From NCBI RefSeq assembly GCF_902459465.1, contig NC_047082.1, positions 12,276,001-12,340,000 on the forward strand: a DNA stretch of 64,000 nucleotides. Reading direction: 5' to 3'. This DNA comes from Asterias rubens. Lineage: Eukaryota. The position numbers and the translations under genes were made by a program. The notes below the pieces were generated by a model. The model was not told the DNA's origin. It saw only the letters and a list, made by a program, of their open reading frames with translations, and made no database searches. Numbering within the stretch: the first letter of the stretch is position 1; each line of letters starts with the position of its first letter. Positions 39,218 through 52,060 of this stretch are shown here, one piece after another.

Positions 39218-40478
39218 AGTCCACTTATAGAAAGGCATATTTGTATACGTACTTTGGCCCTCCAACATCTGACTGTTATCTATTTGGATCAAAATACCTT
39301 TGAAATCAAACAATTACTCTTTTTTCTTTTGTTAGTAGTTTAACAGGTCTGCACCTGCAAGTCTGTCAACTTCAAACACGCCCGAAGCAGACAATTAATG
39401 AGGCATATTATGGTATGAATGATAAAGAAAACAAAGATAAAGAACTTATTGTTTTCATTGCAGATTGGTATAATATGTGTAAAAATAATAAAAAAAAGCT
39501 TCCAACTTAAAGGAACACGTTGCCTTGGATCGGTCGAGTTGGTCTATAAAACGCGTTTGTAACCGTTTGCTATAAAATTCATATGGTTGGAAAGATGTTT
39601 TTAAAGTAGAATACAATGATCCACAAAAATTGCACGGTTTTCCTTTCCTTTGCGAACTAACACGGTCGGCCATTTATGGGAGTCAAAAATTTGACTCCCA
39701 TGGCCGACCATGTTAGTCGACGAGGTAAAAGGAAAACCGTGTAATTTCGAGGCATGTTTGTGTGAATCATTGTATTCTACTTTTACAACATCTTTCTACC
39801 AATATGCATTTTATAACGGAAAAGTTTCCGTATGGCGCCACCACTTTTTCATTCGAAATAAAAAAATATAGTATCTCATTTACCTGATTGATATATCCCT
39901 TTTTGTAAAAATGAGTGAAAACGTGGTGGCGCCATACGGAAAGTTATCCCTTAACTGGTCATAAAATTGTCACGGGAATGTGGCACCCATTCATTAAGTC
40001 AAGTGCTTATTGACATTTTAAACCAAGCACCCAGCCAAATTATTTACAATGAAAATCCCAAAGCCTTCAATATAATGGCCGAGGTGTTAAGGCCCTAGAA
40101 ATCAAGAGCCTAGTTTGTAGCTGAAGTAACAACACTGTAGTGTTTACAGTCAGATGGTTAGTTTACAATCAAGCTACAAATCACCTCACCAGTAGATGCA
40201 GATAGATATTAATGCAGATATTAAGTAATTAGTATGATTCAATATTAATGCAGATATTAAGTAATTAGTATGATTCATACTAATTACTTAATATCTACTG
40301 GTGAGGTGAGGACTTGCCTCAACAGAGGATTTGCCTCAACAGAGGACTTACCTCAAGCTTTGGACTGCATCTGGATCTAAACATGAACTAAACAACAACG
40401 TACATCCTTTACATCAATGGCTGGATCGCTTACTCGCTGGATCACATTGTGTGGGTGTGAATGCAAAACAACATTGAA

Positions 40479-40494
40479 CAGCGCCACCTAGCGC
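40479..40494 (-). promoter_or_regulatory. CTCF-like motif upstream of PGGHG
   Basis: Minus strand GCGCTAGGTGGCGCTG matches the YAGRKGGCRS core. Similar motifs at 4561-4573, 4604-4616 and 63924-63938. Confidence 0.35.
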
Positions 40495-40973
40495 TTGGGT
40501 TGTAGATAGGAGGGCCAACCGTGGTCAAGTAGTTATTGATATTATAGGCTCCTCCTGCAGAAAAAATATTGTCGTCTAGTTACTGAATTACAATTTCTTG
40601 ATATATGTGCAATTCATAATCATAGACGTTAAAGGCAGTGGACACTATTGATATTTACTTAAAATAATTATTAGCATAAAACTTTACTTCGAGAAAGAAA
40701 TATTTTTTCACGAATTTGATTTCGAACCTCAAGTTTAGAACTTGATGAGGTCTCGAAATCAACCATCTAAAAGCACACAACTTCGTGTGACAAGGGTGTT
40801 TTTTCTTTCATTATTATCTCGCAACTTCGACGACCGATTGAGCTCAAATTTTCACAGGTTTGTTATTATGTATTTGTTGAGATACACCAAATGAGAAGAC
40901 AATAATTCACCGACCCCTGTCCGTTTATTTGCCACCCCCACCCCACCCCCTGAACATCAGTGACCATAATCCG

Positions 40974-41862
40974 TAGTCTGGTTCCCAGACCCCAAAATCT
41001 CCGACTAGGCTCTGTCGAATTTAGGGTCCGGTGGGGCGGTTTCAACTTTCCGCCGTGCTCAGTTTTCCGAATGACAAAATACAGTAACATTACGTCATGG
41101 GACGCCTGCGCACAGCCAGCGAAAGAAGTCAATTGTTATATGCTTTACTGAGTCCCGGAAAACTGAACACGGCGGAAGACTGAAACCGCCACACCGGTAT
41201 CACCCAAAATCACGTGACCAAAGAGAAGGAATTCCTCCTCTTTCGAAGTTATCCGAAATGTTCCGAACGTGGTGTCGTCAACATTCGGACAGTATCGTTG
41301 ATGTTCGGTACGGACTCGTAATGTCAGTCATGTCGGCCGTAGATCCAGGAGTTTTTATGCCAGTTATAAATTGCAAATGCAGGCGTGTGCCTAAATAAAG
41401 CGTTTGCAAAGCGATGCGGCAAGTTCAAAATATCTAAACCTGGGAAATCGCTCCAGGATCTGGTAAGTTTTTGTCCTGTTTCTTCAAAAATATGTTTTTC
41501 AAAGGTGTTCTGACTTGAGTGTTCATTAGACTAGACACTGATTGAGGATTAAGTTTCATGATTTTTAAAAATGGTAAAAATGGGGCAAAATCTGGTGACT
41601 AGCTGTCGACATTAAACGTGTTGAACCAAATTGTCATTAATTGACGATCAAAATAATCAATCTCGTAACCCTCCGGCCTGCCCCTGGCGGCCGTTGGGAG
41701 GAGGGTTACGTTATCGCTAGTAGTACGTGCAGACATGGTTTCCCTGGAGATGACCCCCGACCCTGATAAGTTGCGTCATGCGCCATTTTTAATCGTGGGT
41801 GATACTGACCTAACATTTTTAACAAGAGACGTCAAGGAATCTTTGGTCAGGGAACCAGACTA
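40974..41862. mobile_element. Second TAG..CTA DNA transposon family with 9-bp TSD
   Basis: TAGTCTGGTTCCCAGACC ... GGTCAGGGAACCAGACTA. TSD CATAATCCG at 40965-40973 and 41863-41871. Confidence 0.85.
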
Positions 41863-41884
41863 CATAATCCGCGGATCCATCACC

Positions 41885-42440
41885 TAGTATACAAATATTG
41901 ACTGCTTCGAGTGCTATGGTTAAAACTATGACTCCCGAGGTGATCCCCGGAGCGTTCTATTTTCCCGAGGCGAAGCCGAGGGAAAATAGAACGCTCCGGG
42001 GATCACCAAGGGAGCCATAGTTTTTAACCATTGCACGAGTAAAAGCAGTCAATATTTGTTTTATAACACCCCAAACATTTCTAAATACTGTACTATTATT
42101 ATTAAGTTACATACCTGAATGCTACAATCCACGGACGACGCGAATACAGATTGCAAACACTTTTACTTACTGTGTTGCATGTAGTGTCGTGCAATCCGAA
42201 ATGGTTACAGACTATTAATTTATCATCCTCGTACACGCAACGGACGTCTGGGTACTGCACGCCGTGTGCTAGTCTGTCGGACTAGCGCACGGCGCCGTGT
42301 GCTAGTCTTCGGACTAGCGCATGGCAAACCGACGCAATCACACGGCCGTCGTCTAGCGAAACTAAGACATGTCATGTGACGCGCTCTAAACCAATGAGCA
42401 GGCAGAATACTTGCAAGGGGTGTTATAATCTCACATATCA
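41885..42440. mobile_element. Hairpin-bearing element (possibly Crypton-like); boundaries approximate
   Basis: Near-perfect ~75-bp-arm palindrome at 41891-42059 centred on CCCGAGGCGAAGCCGAGGG. Confidence 0.5.
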
Positions 42441-43997
42441 CATATCCTCACCAACTCTCCATGGTCCCTATTTCGAGTTCAGCTAAATCAGACCATGATT
42501 TTATTGTGAACAACTCATGGTGATGTACAGAGGGCAATACAGTTTTATTACGAAAGTAAAGCTTGTACAAACTTAAAACTTACTATGTACATAGGCAATA
42601 GTGAGTAGATGAAACCGCCACTTTTTGGGAATGATGACGTCATTGATGACGTCATGGCAAGGTTTTTAAAGTTAAAAAAAAACGACATTTGCTTTTCGCT
42701 GTATCTCAACAAATCCAATCTCACACAAATATATTGCATTTGTGAAGAAACAAGGCGTTCAAAAGTGTGATACAAGTTAAACTATCAAATAACGACATAT
42801 TGTATACAAAAACATCTTTATGGTTCAATGTTTTTGAACTACGTCATCACGTAACGTCCAACCGAACACCGTGTTTTTGTAATTAACAAAAAACTCTATG
42901 TCTAGTCATGGAGCAATAAACTAGCCATGGTCTAGTGCACTTTCTTCTTTTTTTATATCAGACTCATGGAAAATGGGAAAACAAACCTGACTCATCTTTT
43001 CCAGCTGTTGTAGACCTTTCTATACTATTTTGGAACCCGAAATCGAAGACTCTTCCAAAAGTATTAGTTTCGACTAGTTTGTTTCATAGGCAGTATATTC
43101 TTAGATCGTCAAAACCTTTGAAGACACTGGACACTATTGGTAATTTTCAAAGACCAGTCTAATCACTTGGTGTATCTCAACATGGGATTATGCCATAGAG
43201 CTATTATATATATAGCTCTAGATCGATTGTGCATAAAATAACAAACCTGTGACAATTTGCGCTCGAATTGGTCGTCGAAGTTGCTAGATAATAATGAAAG
43301 AAAAAACACTCTTGTCACACAAGGTCGTGTGCTTTCAGATTCTAATGCTGAGGTCTCGAAATCAATTTGTGAGGGAATTACTTCGTTCTTGAAAACTACG
43401 TCACATCAGAGGGAGCTGTTTATCACGATGTTTTATACTATCAACCTTTCCCCATTACTCGTTACCAGGTAAGGTTTTATGGTATTAATTATTTTGAGTA
43501 ATACCAAAAGACAGTGTCCATCTGCCTTAATTAATAGAATCAAACTTCTTTACTCTCAAGTTTAGCAGATCAATATAATAGGCCCTTGGCCCTATTTGGA
43601 GTCTGTTTGAGAAGAAAATACAGTGGCCAGAAAGGTCATAATTCAGAGGCCTTATAAAGAAAAATTTTGCACACTTTTAATTTATTGGGTATAAAATACA
43701 CGGTACCAGGTTTATAAAAAATAATACAAAGTGAACGAAGTATCCACCAAGTTGGACTAAACTGTTTGCTTATCAGTTTCTGTTATCAATTTTGTTTTGA
43801 CCTGCGGTAGCCTTTTCTGGTGATATCAGTCATTGCCAACCAATAATAGTTTGACCTTGCTATTTTCAAAATGTTTATTTTAAAACCTGTATCAGTGTCG
43901 ACTTTGTTATTAGCACAGTTTCGAACCAGGCCTCTCTACAACACGTCGTGGTAGTTTCCCATTCACCCGTTGATAAGTAGAACTCCATCTACACAAA

Positions 43998-46900
43998 ATG
44001 GCCGACTTCGCTGCCGTTGTAGACAACATTACTGCACTATTGTGGCAAAGTTTTACACTGCGCAACGTCTTGTTGTACTCGACTCTCCTCCTGCTTGCAC
44101 GATACACATTTAACCGTCTGAAGCACACCAACCTACCCCCTGGTCCATGGGGTCTACCTATCATAGGAGCGAACTTTAGGATCGGTTATAAGAATCCGGC
44201 CGAGGCGTTAATGGAAATAAGCCGTAAATACGGCCGAATCTTCAGCATCCGTTTTGGTCCTCAGCTGGTCGTTGTCATCAACGATGTAGAACTCGCCAAG
44301 GAAGCTTTTGTGAAGAATGGTGATGTGTCTAGTGGGCGGCCGCATCCCACTGATATTGGGTTCTCACTTAGAAAGATGCCGGGTGAGAGAACATAGTTGT
44401 ATCATAGGCCCTTTTCGAAACGACTTGATTTGCTTTGGATTCGGCTCAGGCTAGCTTGGACCCGCGGTTGTTCTGACAATAATGCGCGTGCTTTGCGTAT
44501 ACGCGCCCAGGGTTTCAGACGAGGGGGGGGGGGGTGCCTTAAGCCGAATCCAAAGCCGAAGCCGTGGTTTCGAAACAGGCCATGGTAAACTTAGTTAGCT
44601 GTTGCATACCATCCATGTTTATGGTATGAACAGGGTAGGTTCTGCACAATCTACAATTTTTTAAAACTCGTCATGAATAATGGGTAAAATCTTGAAAAAC
44701 ATATAGCTTGATATCAGACTGTATTGTTTTATTTTAATTGTATGCACCGTTAATAGGATGGTATGTGGTTATGACCATCCTAATTGTGGCACCGTACACA
44801 GTATTGAAAGCAGACCATCACCAGGTTGCCAATTGAAAAGCCATTAGTTACAGAATGATGTTCATTACTATATAAACACCACTGATGAGTTTTCTCATAT
44901 TAAACGAAAAATTGTATACCATCACAAGATCGGACGGCCACTTCAAGGTGGGTGTTGGGCTTAACTGATTTGGGTCAACTGTTCACCAGAGGCAGGTTGC
45001 CAGCTACTAAAGGGGTTGAAACAGGGTTACTGCACCGCTTTACAGTCCGTAAGGATATGTAGGTATCATCCACTAGGAGCCTGGATGGTAGAGCAGAGTG
45101 CGTTAGGAGCCTGGATGGTAGAGCAGAGTGCGCTACAGCAGACAGCAGTTAACCAATATCTACGAAGCAATGGTTACATGCCTCTCAGGGGCAAACGAGT
45201 CATGGACGGGAGTCGAACCCCAACTTTCCTGCCGACAAAACCAAGTCAGTTCTGATCATGTTGAATTCATTCTTCTCCTTTCAGCTCAGCTCATCCGATC
45301 CGAGGGTAAAGACTGGCGGGATCTCCGAAGCTTCACACTCAAGGCCCTTCGCCAATTCGGCGTCGGCACCCGCGAGATCGAAAACTTCATCGAGGACGAG
45401 GCGCAGCTCCTCTGCGCAGCCCTTGAGAAGGAGAAGGATAACCCCCTCGACCCCAGGATGCTTCTCAACATGGCCGTCGCCAACGTCATCTGCTCGTTTA
45501 CCTTCGGCCAAAGGATGGAGTACTCATCCCCAGATCTACTCAAGATCATCGAAAGCATCCAGGATATTTCCAGAGACACATCTCTGACCAATCTGATGCA
45601 AGTGTGGCCGTTGCTGATTCTACTTCCGGGTTACAGCGCCGTCAGGAGCGGTATTATGACCTTTAGGCGGATGGCGATGAAGGTCATTGACCAGCATAAG
45701 GCGACCTATGACCCCAACGATATGCGTGATATTGTTGACTTGTACATTGCTGAGTTGCGGAAGGGAAAGGATGCCAAGATCCCGATTGATGAATCCTACG
45801 TGTGGATTAATGTTGGGGAGATATTTGGAGCCGGGGCGGACACCACGATCAACTCACTGATGTGGGCGGTGCTTGAAATGACGATGAGGCAGTCAGTGCA
45901 AGACAAGGTGTGTTGGGATAGGGCGGTTGGGTCAGTTGGTTGTTTTAAAGGAACACGTTTCCTTGGATCGGTCGAGTTGGTCTTTGAAACCGTTTGTTAC
46001 AAAATGCAGATGGTTAGAAAGATATTTTAAAAGTAGAATACAATGATCCACACAAATTTGCATGGTTTTTCTTTTACTTTGCGAACTAACACGGTCGGCC
46101 ATTAATTATGGGAGTCAAACAATATTGACCCCCATAAATGGCCTACCCGTGTTAGTCTACGAGGTAAAAGGAAAACCACGTAATTTTGAGTGATACTTGT
46201 GTGGATCATTATATTCTGCTTCTAAAATATCTTTCTAGTCATATGCATTTTATAACAAATGGTTACAAACGCTTTTCAAAGACCAACTCGACCGATCCAA
46301 GGCAACGTGTTCCTTTAAGATGTGTTCTATTTCCTAAATAAACATTTAATATGAACATACCATAACAAGCAAAATCACAAACACATGTCCTTTGTTTTAT
46401 GATGGACCTTTCATTCCATAGCTGCTGCCTGCACAGAAAGTAAAGTCAAACGTTTTGAACCGTCAGCGTTTAATATTTAGGCGCGTAGAGTGGCGCAGCA
46501 ATGCACATGGTTTTATTATAATTACGTAGAGGTTAACGAAGCCCTTTTTAAAAGTTGACAAACGCTGAGTATTTATGATCAAAGTCACCCGGAAGTGGTA
46601 TTTTGTCAAAATAAAGCTTTTGTCACTAAAATATGTGTTTTGATGAGTGGAATATGAATAAACAATTAACTAAGGTTACAAAAAAATAGTTTCCATGTCA
46701 TTTACAAATTTGAAAACAAGCCCGACCCGAGAGGGCGCTGTTCGTGACGTCAATCGAGGCGCGATGAATCGCTTGCAGTGCCAACACAAGTTAGTGACGC
46801 CTGGCGCAAGCTAAAAACATGCCCTCAAAGTTGAAACAATACCTGATTTTTTCACGTTAGGCAAATGCTCCTTTAGGTTCGTTACGTCTTTCACAGGTAC

Positions 46901-49014
46901 CCTCTTCGACTTCCCCACTAGCTGGAAAAATCGTTGGGATGGCGTCATGTGTTTTTCTCTTCATGTCAAAATGTGTAGTGTATTCCAGATTCTCTAAGCA
47001 CGACGGCTCGAAGTGTTTGCTGCACAGCGCTGGAAAAGACTTGCAAACTCAGGACCCCATCTTTAGTTGTTTTGCTGCATCCAGCAGCAATACACCTGGG
47101 CCCAATTTCATAGCGTTGCTTAAGGGTAAGCAAATTTGCGTGCTTACTGTAGCAGAACAATGTGTTTAAGCCTTAGCGTATTTCACAGGTTAGCAGAAAA
47201 ATTGGGCGGTCATATGGCGTGTTTACCGTGGATTTGCATTGTGACGTCATTTATTTTCGTGCAGTAAGCACGGGAAGGTTACCATGTTTGTTCGTGTGCT
47301 TACGGTTAGCAGCGCTATGAAATGGAAATTGGACAGTAAGCACAAAATCGGCCGCTAAGCAGCGCTATGAAATTGGGCCCTGGTCGACATTGCCGGAAAA
47401 ATACAAGAAAAAAGATTTTTTTTCGAAACGTACAAATTCTACGACTAGCACTTGAATGTACTTGCACGTACGTGTGTTCGATGTTCGATCGAGGCAAAGT
47501 CTGCCTCGATTGACGTCACAAAAGGGGTAGGCGGAGTCACCCCCACACAACATTATTATTTATTTTTTTTTACATATAAATCGTTAAAAACAATTACTCA
47601 ACAAATTATTTTATTGTTCAGAAACATATACTCTAATGTTTGAAAAATAAAATCTATTTTCAGGTGACTTTAACATTGGGTCAACGTCGGACGGACGTTG
47701 CCTCTATGCATGCTCTGGCAACATTTGTAAAACAAAAAAAAAACATAAAAAAAAACGACCTGTCATACGATCTGTCATCAAAAAGAGAATGTTAGGTGCG
47801 ATCACATTTGTTTTTCCATATCAAACTTAAAAGACATCAACACAATTTGCACTGTAAACTAATGCTCTGTCCTTTATAATTTTCTGTTGCTACTCAGGTC
47901 AGGCAGGAGATCCACGAGGTTCTCGGAACCCACCAGCCACCGAGAATGTCTGACCGGGGGAAACTGCCCTTTACCCAGGCAGCCGTCATGGAGTCGTTCC
48001 GCCTCCGACACCCCGGTCCCACCGGGTCCCTCCACAGGACTACGGCCCCTATGCAACTAGCAAGTTTTACCATACCGGAGGATACATTCGTGACCAGTCC
48101 GCAGTGGAGTATGCATCGGGATCCTCGTGAGTTCAAGAAGCCGTACGAGTTCGACCCGGGTAATTTTTTGACCAAAGAGGGCAATTTCTACGAGCCGAAG
48201 GGGTTCATGCCCTTTGGTGTTGGTAAGAATACCATGAAAGAATAAATAATTTAAGTTTCATGCTAAAGAAACAACAAAAGCAGGGGGATATCAAATCTGT
48301 GCTAGTTTATTGTTGTAGCCCCGCCCTTTCTCCACAATAATCACTAATCAGCAATCAATGAACATGATAAAGGTGGTTAATTCAAGATAAAGATTTATAT
48401 TAAAAGTATGCCGGCTTACTTTTGTTGTTATTGTTGCAAAACAGCCATGTATGGAAAGGGTTAGGTCGAGTAAATAGGAAAATACACTGGGGGTGTCGAA
48501 CAATAGGAGTGTTTTCTTTTCATCTGTTGTCACAAACCCAGTGTTTCCTCGGTGCCAGGTATTTACCATTCTTTATTATAATAGATGTTAAATTTGCATC
48601 GGGGATAAAGAATATTAATTTTGGTTTTCACCCATACACCGATGTGTGTCAGCACTGTATACTCAGTACTTACCCGAGTCCTGTGAAAAAATATCACAGG
48701 CATGTAACTCGGGTGGGATTCGAACCCACGACCCTTTCAATTCTAGAGCAGTGTCTTACCAACTAGACTACCGAGGTTGCCCGGCAGCTAGAGGCTGCTA
48801 ATAATTCTTTATTATTTATTTCTTGTTAGGTCCACGTATATGTATCGGGGAGTCACTGGCACGAGCTGAACTCTTCATGTTCTTCGCAACTCTCATGCAG
48901 AGATTCAAATTTGTGTTAGCTCCGGGTCAGGTCATTCAGGGAGACGGCCATGGGCATTTTGGAGCTACCTACACCCCTAAACCATTCAAAGTTCGACTGA
49001 CTGCCGTAGCGTAA
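43998..49014 (+). CDS. Cytochrome P450, clan 2 (CYP2-like), 505 aa
   Basis: Exons 43998-44382, 45285-45907, 47898-48222 and 48830-49014, phases 1,0,1. N-terminal anchor, PPGP hinge, WRDLR (WxxxR), AGADTT I-helix, ESFR (ExxR), FDPGNF meander and FGVGPRICIG heme-Cys motif. Confidence 0.95.
45945..46318. mobile_element. TTAA-flanked MITE family 3 (AGGAACACGTTGCCTTGGATCGGTCGAGTTGGTCT TIR)
   Basis: ~35-bp TIRs with TTAA on both sides. Partial relatives at 39507-39800 and 15873-15920. Confidence 0.85.
47099..47379. mobile_element. PIF/Harbinger-like MITE with CTG TSD
   Basis: CTG-GGCCCAATTTCATAGCG ... CGCTATGAAATTGGGCC-CTG. Internal sequence shared with the fragment at ~8240-8470. Confidence 0.8.
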
Positions 49015-49334
49015 CGGGGCACCACACATGCAGTTCATGAATTCATCAATTTGTAGTCAGTTTAATCATCTGTTTCTGTATTTTGTTCAACTGATTATAA
49101 TATTCTTATTATTATTATTATTATTATTATTTTTTTTTTTTTTTGGGGGGGGGGGTGAATATATACATCTCATCATGAATAGATTGTCAATAACCTTTAA
49201 TTTATTTAATGGTGTTTGAAGCTTTGCATGGAGTTGAGAATAAAATAATAATAATAAATTATGATAAAAGGTATTTGTAATGCGCCAAATCAATCTAAAA
49301 GGATGTTCAATAAGAAGTAATTATAAACACAAAC

Positions 49335-49601
49335 TAGTAAACTTGCGGGTACAACCATGTATAACATCTCCTTTGAAGGGGTGTTGGCTCTGAAAAGAGC
49401 CGGTGCACTCGACGTTTCGAACAGTATACTCCGCTCGCCTTCAGTTTCGACGTTTCGAACAGTTTACTTTGCTCGTCTTCGAAACGTCGAAACTGAAGAA
49501 GCAGAGTATACTCATCGAAACGTCGAGACCACACCGGCTCTTTTCAGAGCCAACACTCCTTCAAAAAAGATCTTGTAGTTGGTGTACCCGCAAGTTTACT
49601 A
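49335..49601. mobile_element. Palindromic element with hammerhead-like cores, related to the 27175 element
   Basis: TIR TAGTAAACTTGCGGGTACA. Inner GGCTCTGAAAAGAGCC hairpins and CTGAAGR..GAAACGTCGA motifs on both strands. Right half duplicated at 52378-52550. Confidence 0.65.
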
Positions 49602-50151
49602 TTTAGTAATTATAATCTTCTTTAATATCGATTCAAGCTTTTGAGACCAATACAAAATTGTATTTAACGAAGGGGGTTAAAGGGAACGTTATGCCTTTTG
49701 TTTTTGAAACAGTTTGATTGTTTTAATCCTATAAAAGTATTGCTACAATAAAACAAAGTTTGTGGCGTTTTTGCCAAAAACATCCGGAGCACGGCTGTGT
49801 TGTCCACGCAGGGCCTGGGAGAATAATCCAAAATTGGAATACACAATCTTAGAACCGTTATTTTTTAAATGAGTTACCATCACATAATGATCCCAAAATG
49901 CTTTGCACTGTCGAAAGGTGGTTTGTATTGACATTACTTTTGAGTGATTACCAAATGTATACCTTCCCTTTAGCAACCAACGAACCGTTCAACAACTGCT
50001 TTTAAATATCTCTCGTTACTATCACGCAACGACGGTTTGTAAATGATTATCAACTATCTTGACGATAATTAATAAACGGCTGTTAAAACATAAAGACATT
50101 TCGGTTGTGATGTTTAATCTCTGCAAACAAGTGTTATTTCTAATCGATCTT

Positions 50152-51177
50152 TCAGTTTCTTCTGCAGTGTTTGATTAGTTCTCTTAGAGTTTCCAAACAC
50201 ATACTTCGGAATGTTTTGTTCATTCCAATATATACAACGAAATTACACCAGCTATTATTAATGGCTAGCCAGACGGATACGAACTCCAACCAACCCGGTA
50301 CCCCATCTGGGTTCCGATCGCCGTAAATCCTGACAGAGCAAAACGGAAGCCAGCTAATTGTGTACGTCACGACAATTACGAGGAGTAACTTGACTGCCTT
50401 ACCGCTCCCAACTGCACCAGGGTTGCCTGGTTCCCGCCTCGGGCCAGCATTGGAAAGCATGTTAATTTTCTTAGCCTGCACGTGACTGATGTGGATGAGT
50501 TTCAAGTAGATACCAATCATGACAACCACAGCGAACATGAAAATAACGCAGAAAAAAATAACGTCCATGTACAAACTTGCTTTGCTGTACTTCATCTCAC
50601 ACATGACTGCGTCATGGTTATATTCCACGATGGGTTGCACTGCCGCCATGACTAGTACTACAAGTACAGTTGAATTTACCCATCCGAATATGGTGAAGAA
50701 TAGCGTGCGTTTCTGTGGTAGTAGAGTTGGATAAAGTAAAGGTTTGGAGATCGCAACCAGGCGGTCAATGGAGAGTGTCAGTAGATTGAAAACGGAGATA
50801 CCACCAAGTAGAACGATCACAGAGCACATCACTGTGCATGGCCACATTACCTCAAAGGGCCACCTGTCCAAGGCCGATAGTGGGATACAGAAAACGCACA
50901 TGATCCCAACCCCTAGATCTGAAATGGCGAGCGATGTCATGGCAACTTTGGTGGAACCTGGTGGGAACTCCCCTCTTATCCTCAGCATGACGGCGATGGT
51001 CATGCTATTCAAGCAGATGATGGTGAGGCTCGTTACGGTGATATACGCCGTTCGCAGTACCACCAATGCCCGGCTGAGTTGGTCCGCCTCATTCAGAAAA
51101 GTCGCGTTAGAAAGAAGGCTTGACATTTTCTTTGTAAATAATTGGTGAATCCACTTTGCATTGGCCTGATGCATCAA
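50152..51177 (-). CDS. Intronless class A (rhodopsin-family) GPCR, amine-receptor-like or putative chemoreceptor
   Basis: 341-aa ORF (likely start at M18, ~51126) with 7 hydrophobic segments: TM1 N, TM2 SLAISD, TM3 C..SIDRL, ECL2 C, TM5 F..P-less, TM6 SWLPF, TM7 NNSWCNFVVY, helix 8 NKTFR. Confidence 0.92.
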   Translation of the reverse strand: MMHQANAKWIHQLFTKKMSSLLSNATFLNEADQLSRALVVLRTAYITVTSLTIICLNSMTIAVMLRIRGEFPPGSTKVAMTSLAISDLGVGIMCVFCIPLSALDRWPFEVMWPCTVMCSVIVLLGGISVFNLLTLSIDRLVAISKPLLYPTLLPQKRTLFFTIFGWVNSTVLVVLVMAAVQPIVEYNHDAVMCEMKYSKASLYMDVIFFCVIFMFAVVVMIGIYLKLIHISHVQAKKINMLSNAGPRREPGNPGAVGSGKAVKLLLVIVVTYTISWLPFCSVRIYGDRNPDGVPGWLEFVSVWLAINNSWCNFVVYIGMNKTFRSMCLETLRELIKHCRRN

Positions 51178-52060
51178 TATGAAGACACTAGCTGTGTGTC
51201 ACTTTTTATCTGCCTACCAGTGACTCGCTAAATGAGCGATCAACAGGCTTCAGACGTGCATGTCGTATCTTGATACATCTGATGAGTAGTGCTGCGCTTT
51301 TGTATTAGACGTGCCGCCGCATACATTATCAGATTAAAATTAATGTTTACATAAAGCTCCCTGAAATAGACAATGACAAACAGTGCGTATTAGAAATGCA
51401 ATTATGCTTCTCAACCGCTGTTCATAACGGAGATACTTCGTTTAATTATCTCGACCATTAAGTCGAGTTGAGGAGTTCTGTCGTCAGTGATTTAAAACTT
51501 ATATTTTCGAAAACAACACAGATGAGCGCATCGCCACTAATAAATCACTTAGGAACTGATACGCTTGTCATAATTCTAATTAACTGAAGGGGGGGGGGGG
51601 CGGGTTTTATCTGTAAAAAAAAATGCCTTTGACGTTGACTGCAATCTTTATTATTAGAAACAAAATGAGACATGCACTTTATACGGGGGATGTGAATCTC
51701 CCTCTGGGACTCGAGACTCTGTACCATTTGAATTGTGATACAGAAAGTATGGTTTTCCCATAATTTAGCCTTCACCTCGTGTTGCATCGTTTATCTCGGG
51801 ATGACATTTTGGGGAGTGGTTTAAAGGCAGTGGACACTATTGGTAATTACTCAAAACAATTGTTAGCATAAACATGTTCTTGGTAACCAGCACTGGAGAG
51901 ATGTTGATTGTGCGAAACGGCTCCCTCTGGAATAAAGTAGTTTTCGAGACCTCAGAATTAGGCTTTGAGGTCACGAAATCAAGCATCTGAAACATACAAC
52001 TTCGTATGACAAGGGTGTTTTTCTTCCATTATTATCTCGCAACTTCGACGACCAATTGAG

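Noticed and set aside
45075-45135. 30-bp tandem duplication in CYP intron 1
   Set aside because: A simple two-copy slippage inside a SINE-like remnant; unremarkable.
45258-45591. Overlapping and antisense ORFs in CYP exon 2 (also 47874-48184)
   Set aside because: By-products of GC-rich codon usage in a real exon; no motifs.
48140-48170. PERF motif replaced by PGNF in the P450 as a sign of pseudogenisation
   Set aside because: Clan-2 P450s commonly vary here (for example PxHF or PxNF), and all other catalytic motifs and the reading frame are intact.
7043-51177. A single functionally coupled gene cluster or operon-like system spanning the six genes
   Set aside because: The genes have mixed strands and unrelated functions, with no shared motifs visible. 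Nothing in the sequence supports coupling beyond ordinary adjacency; only the divergent Ig/DeSI-like pair is flagged as testable.
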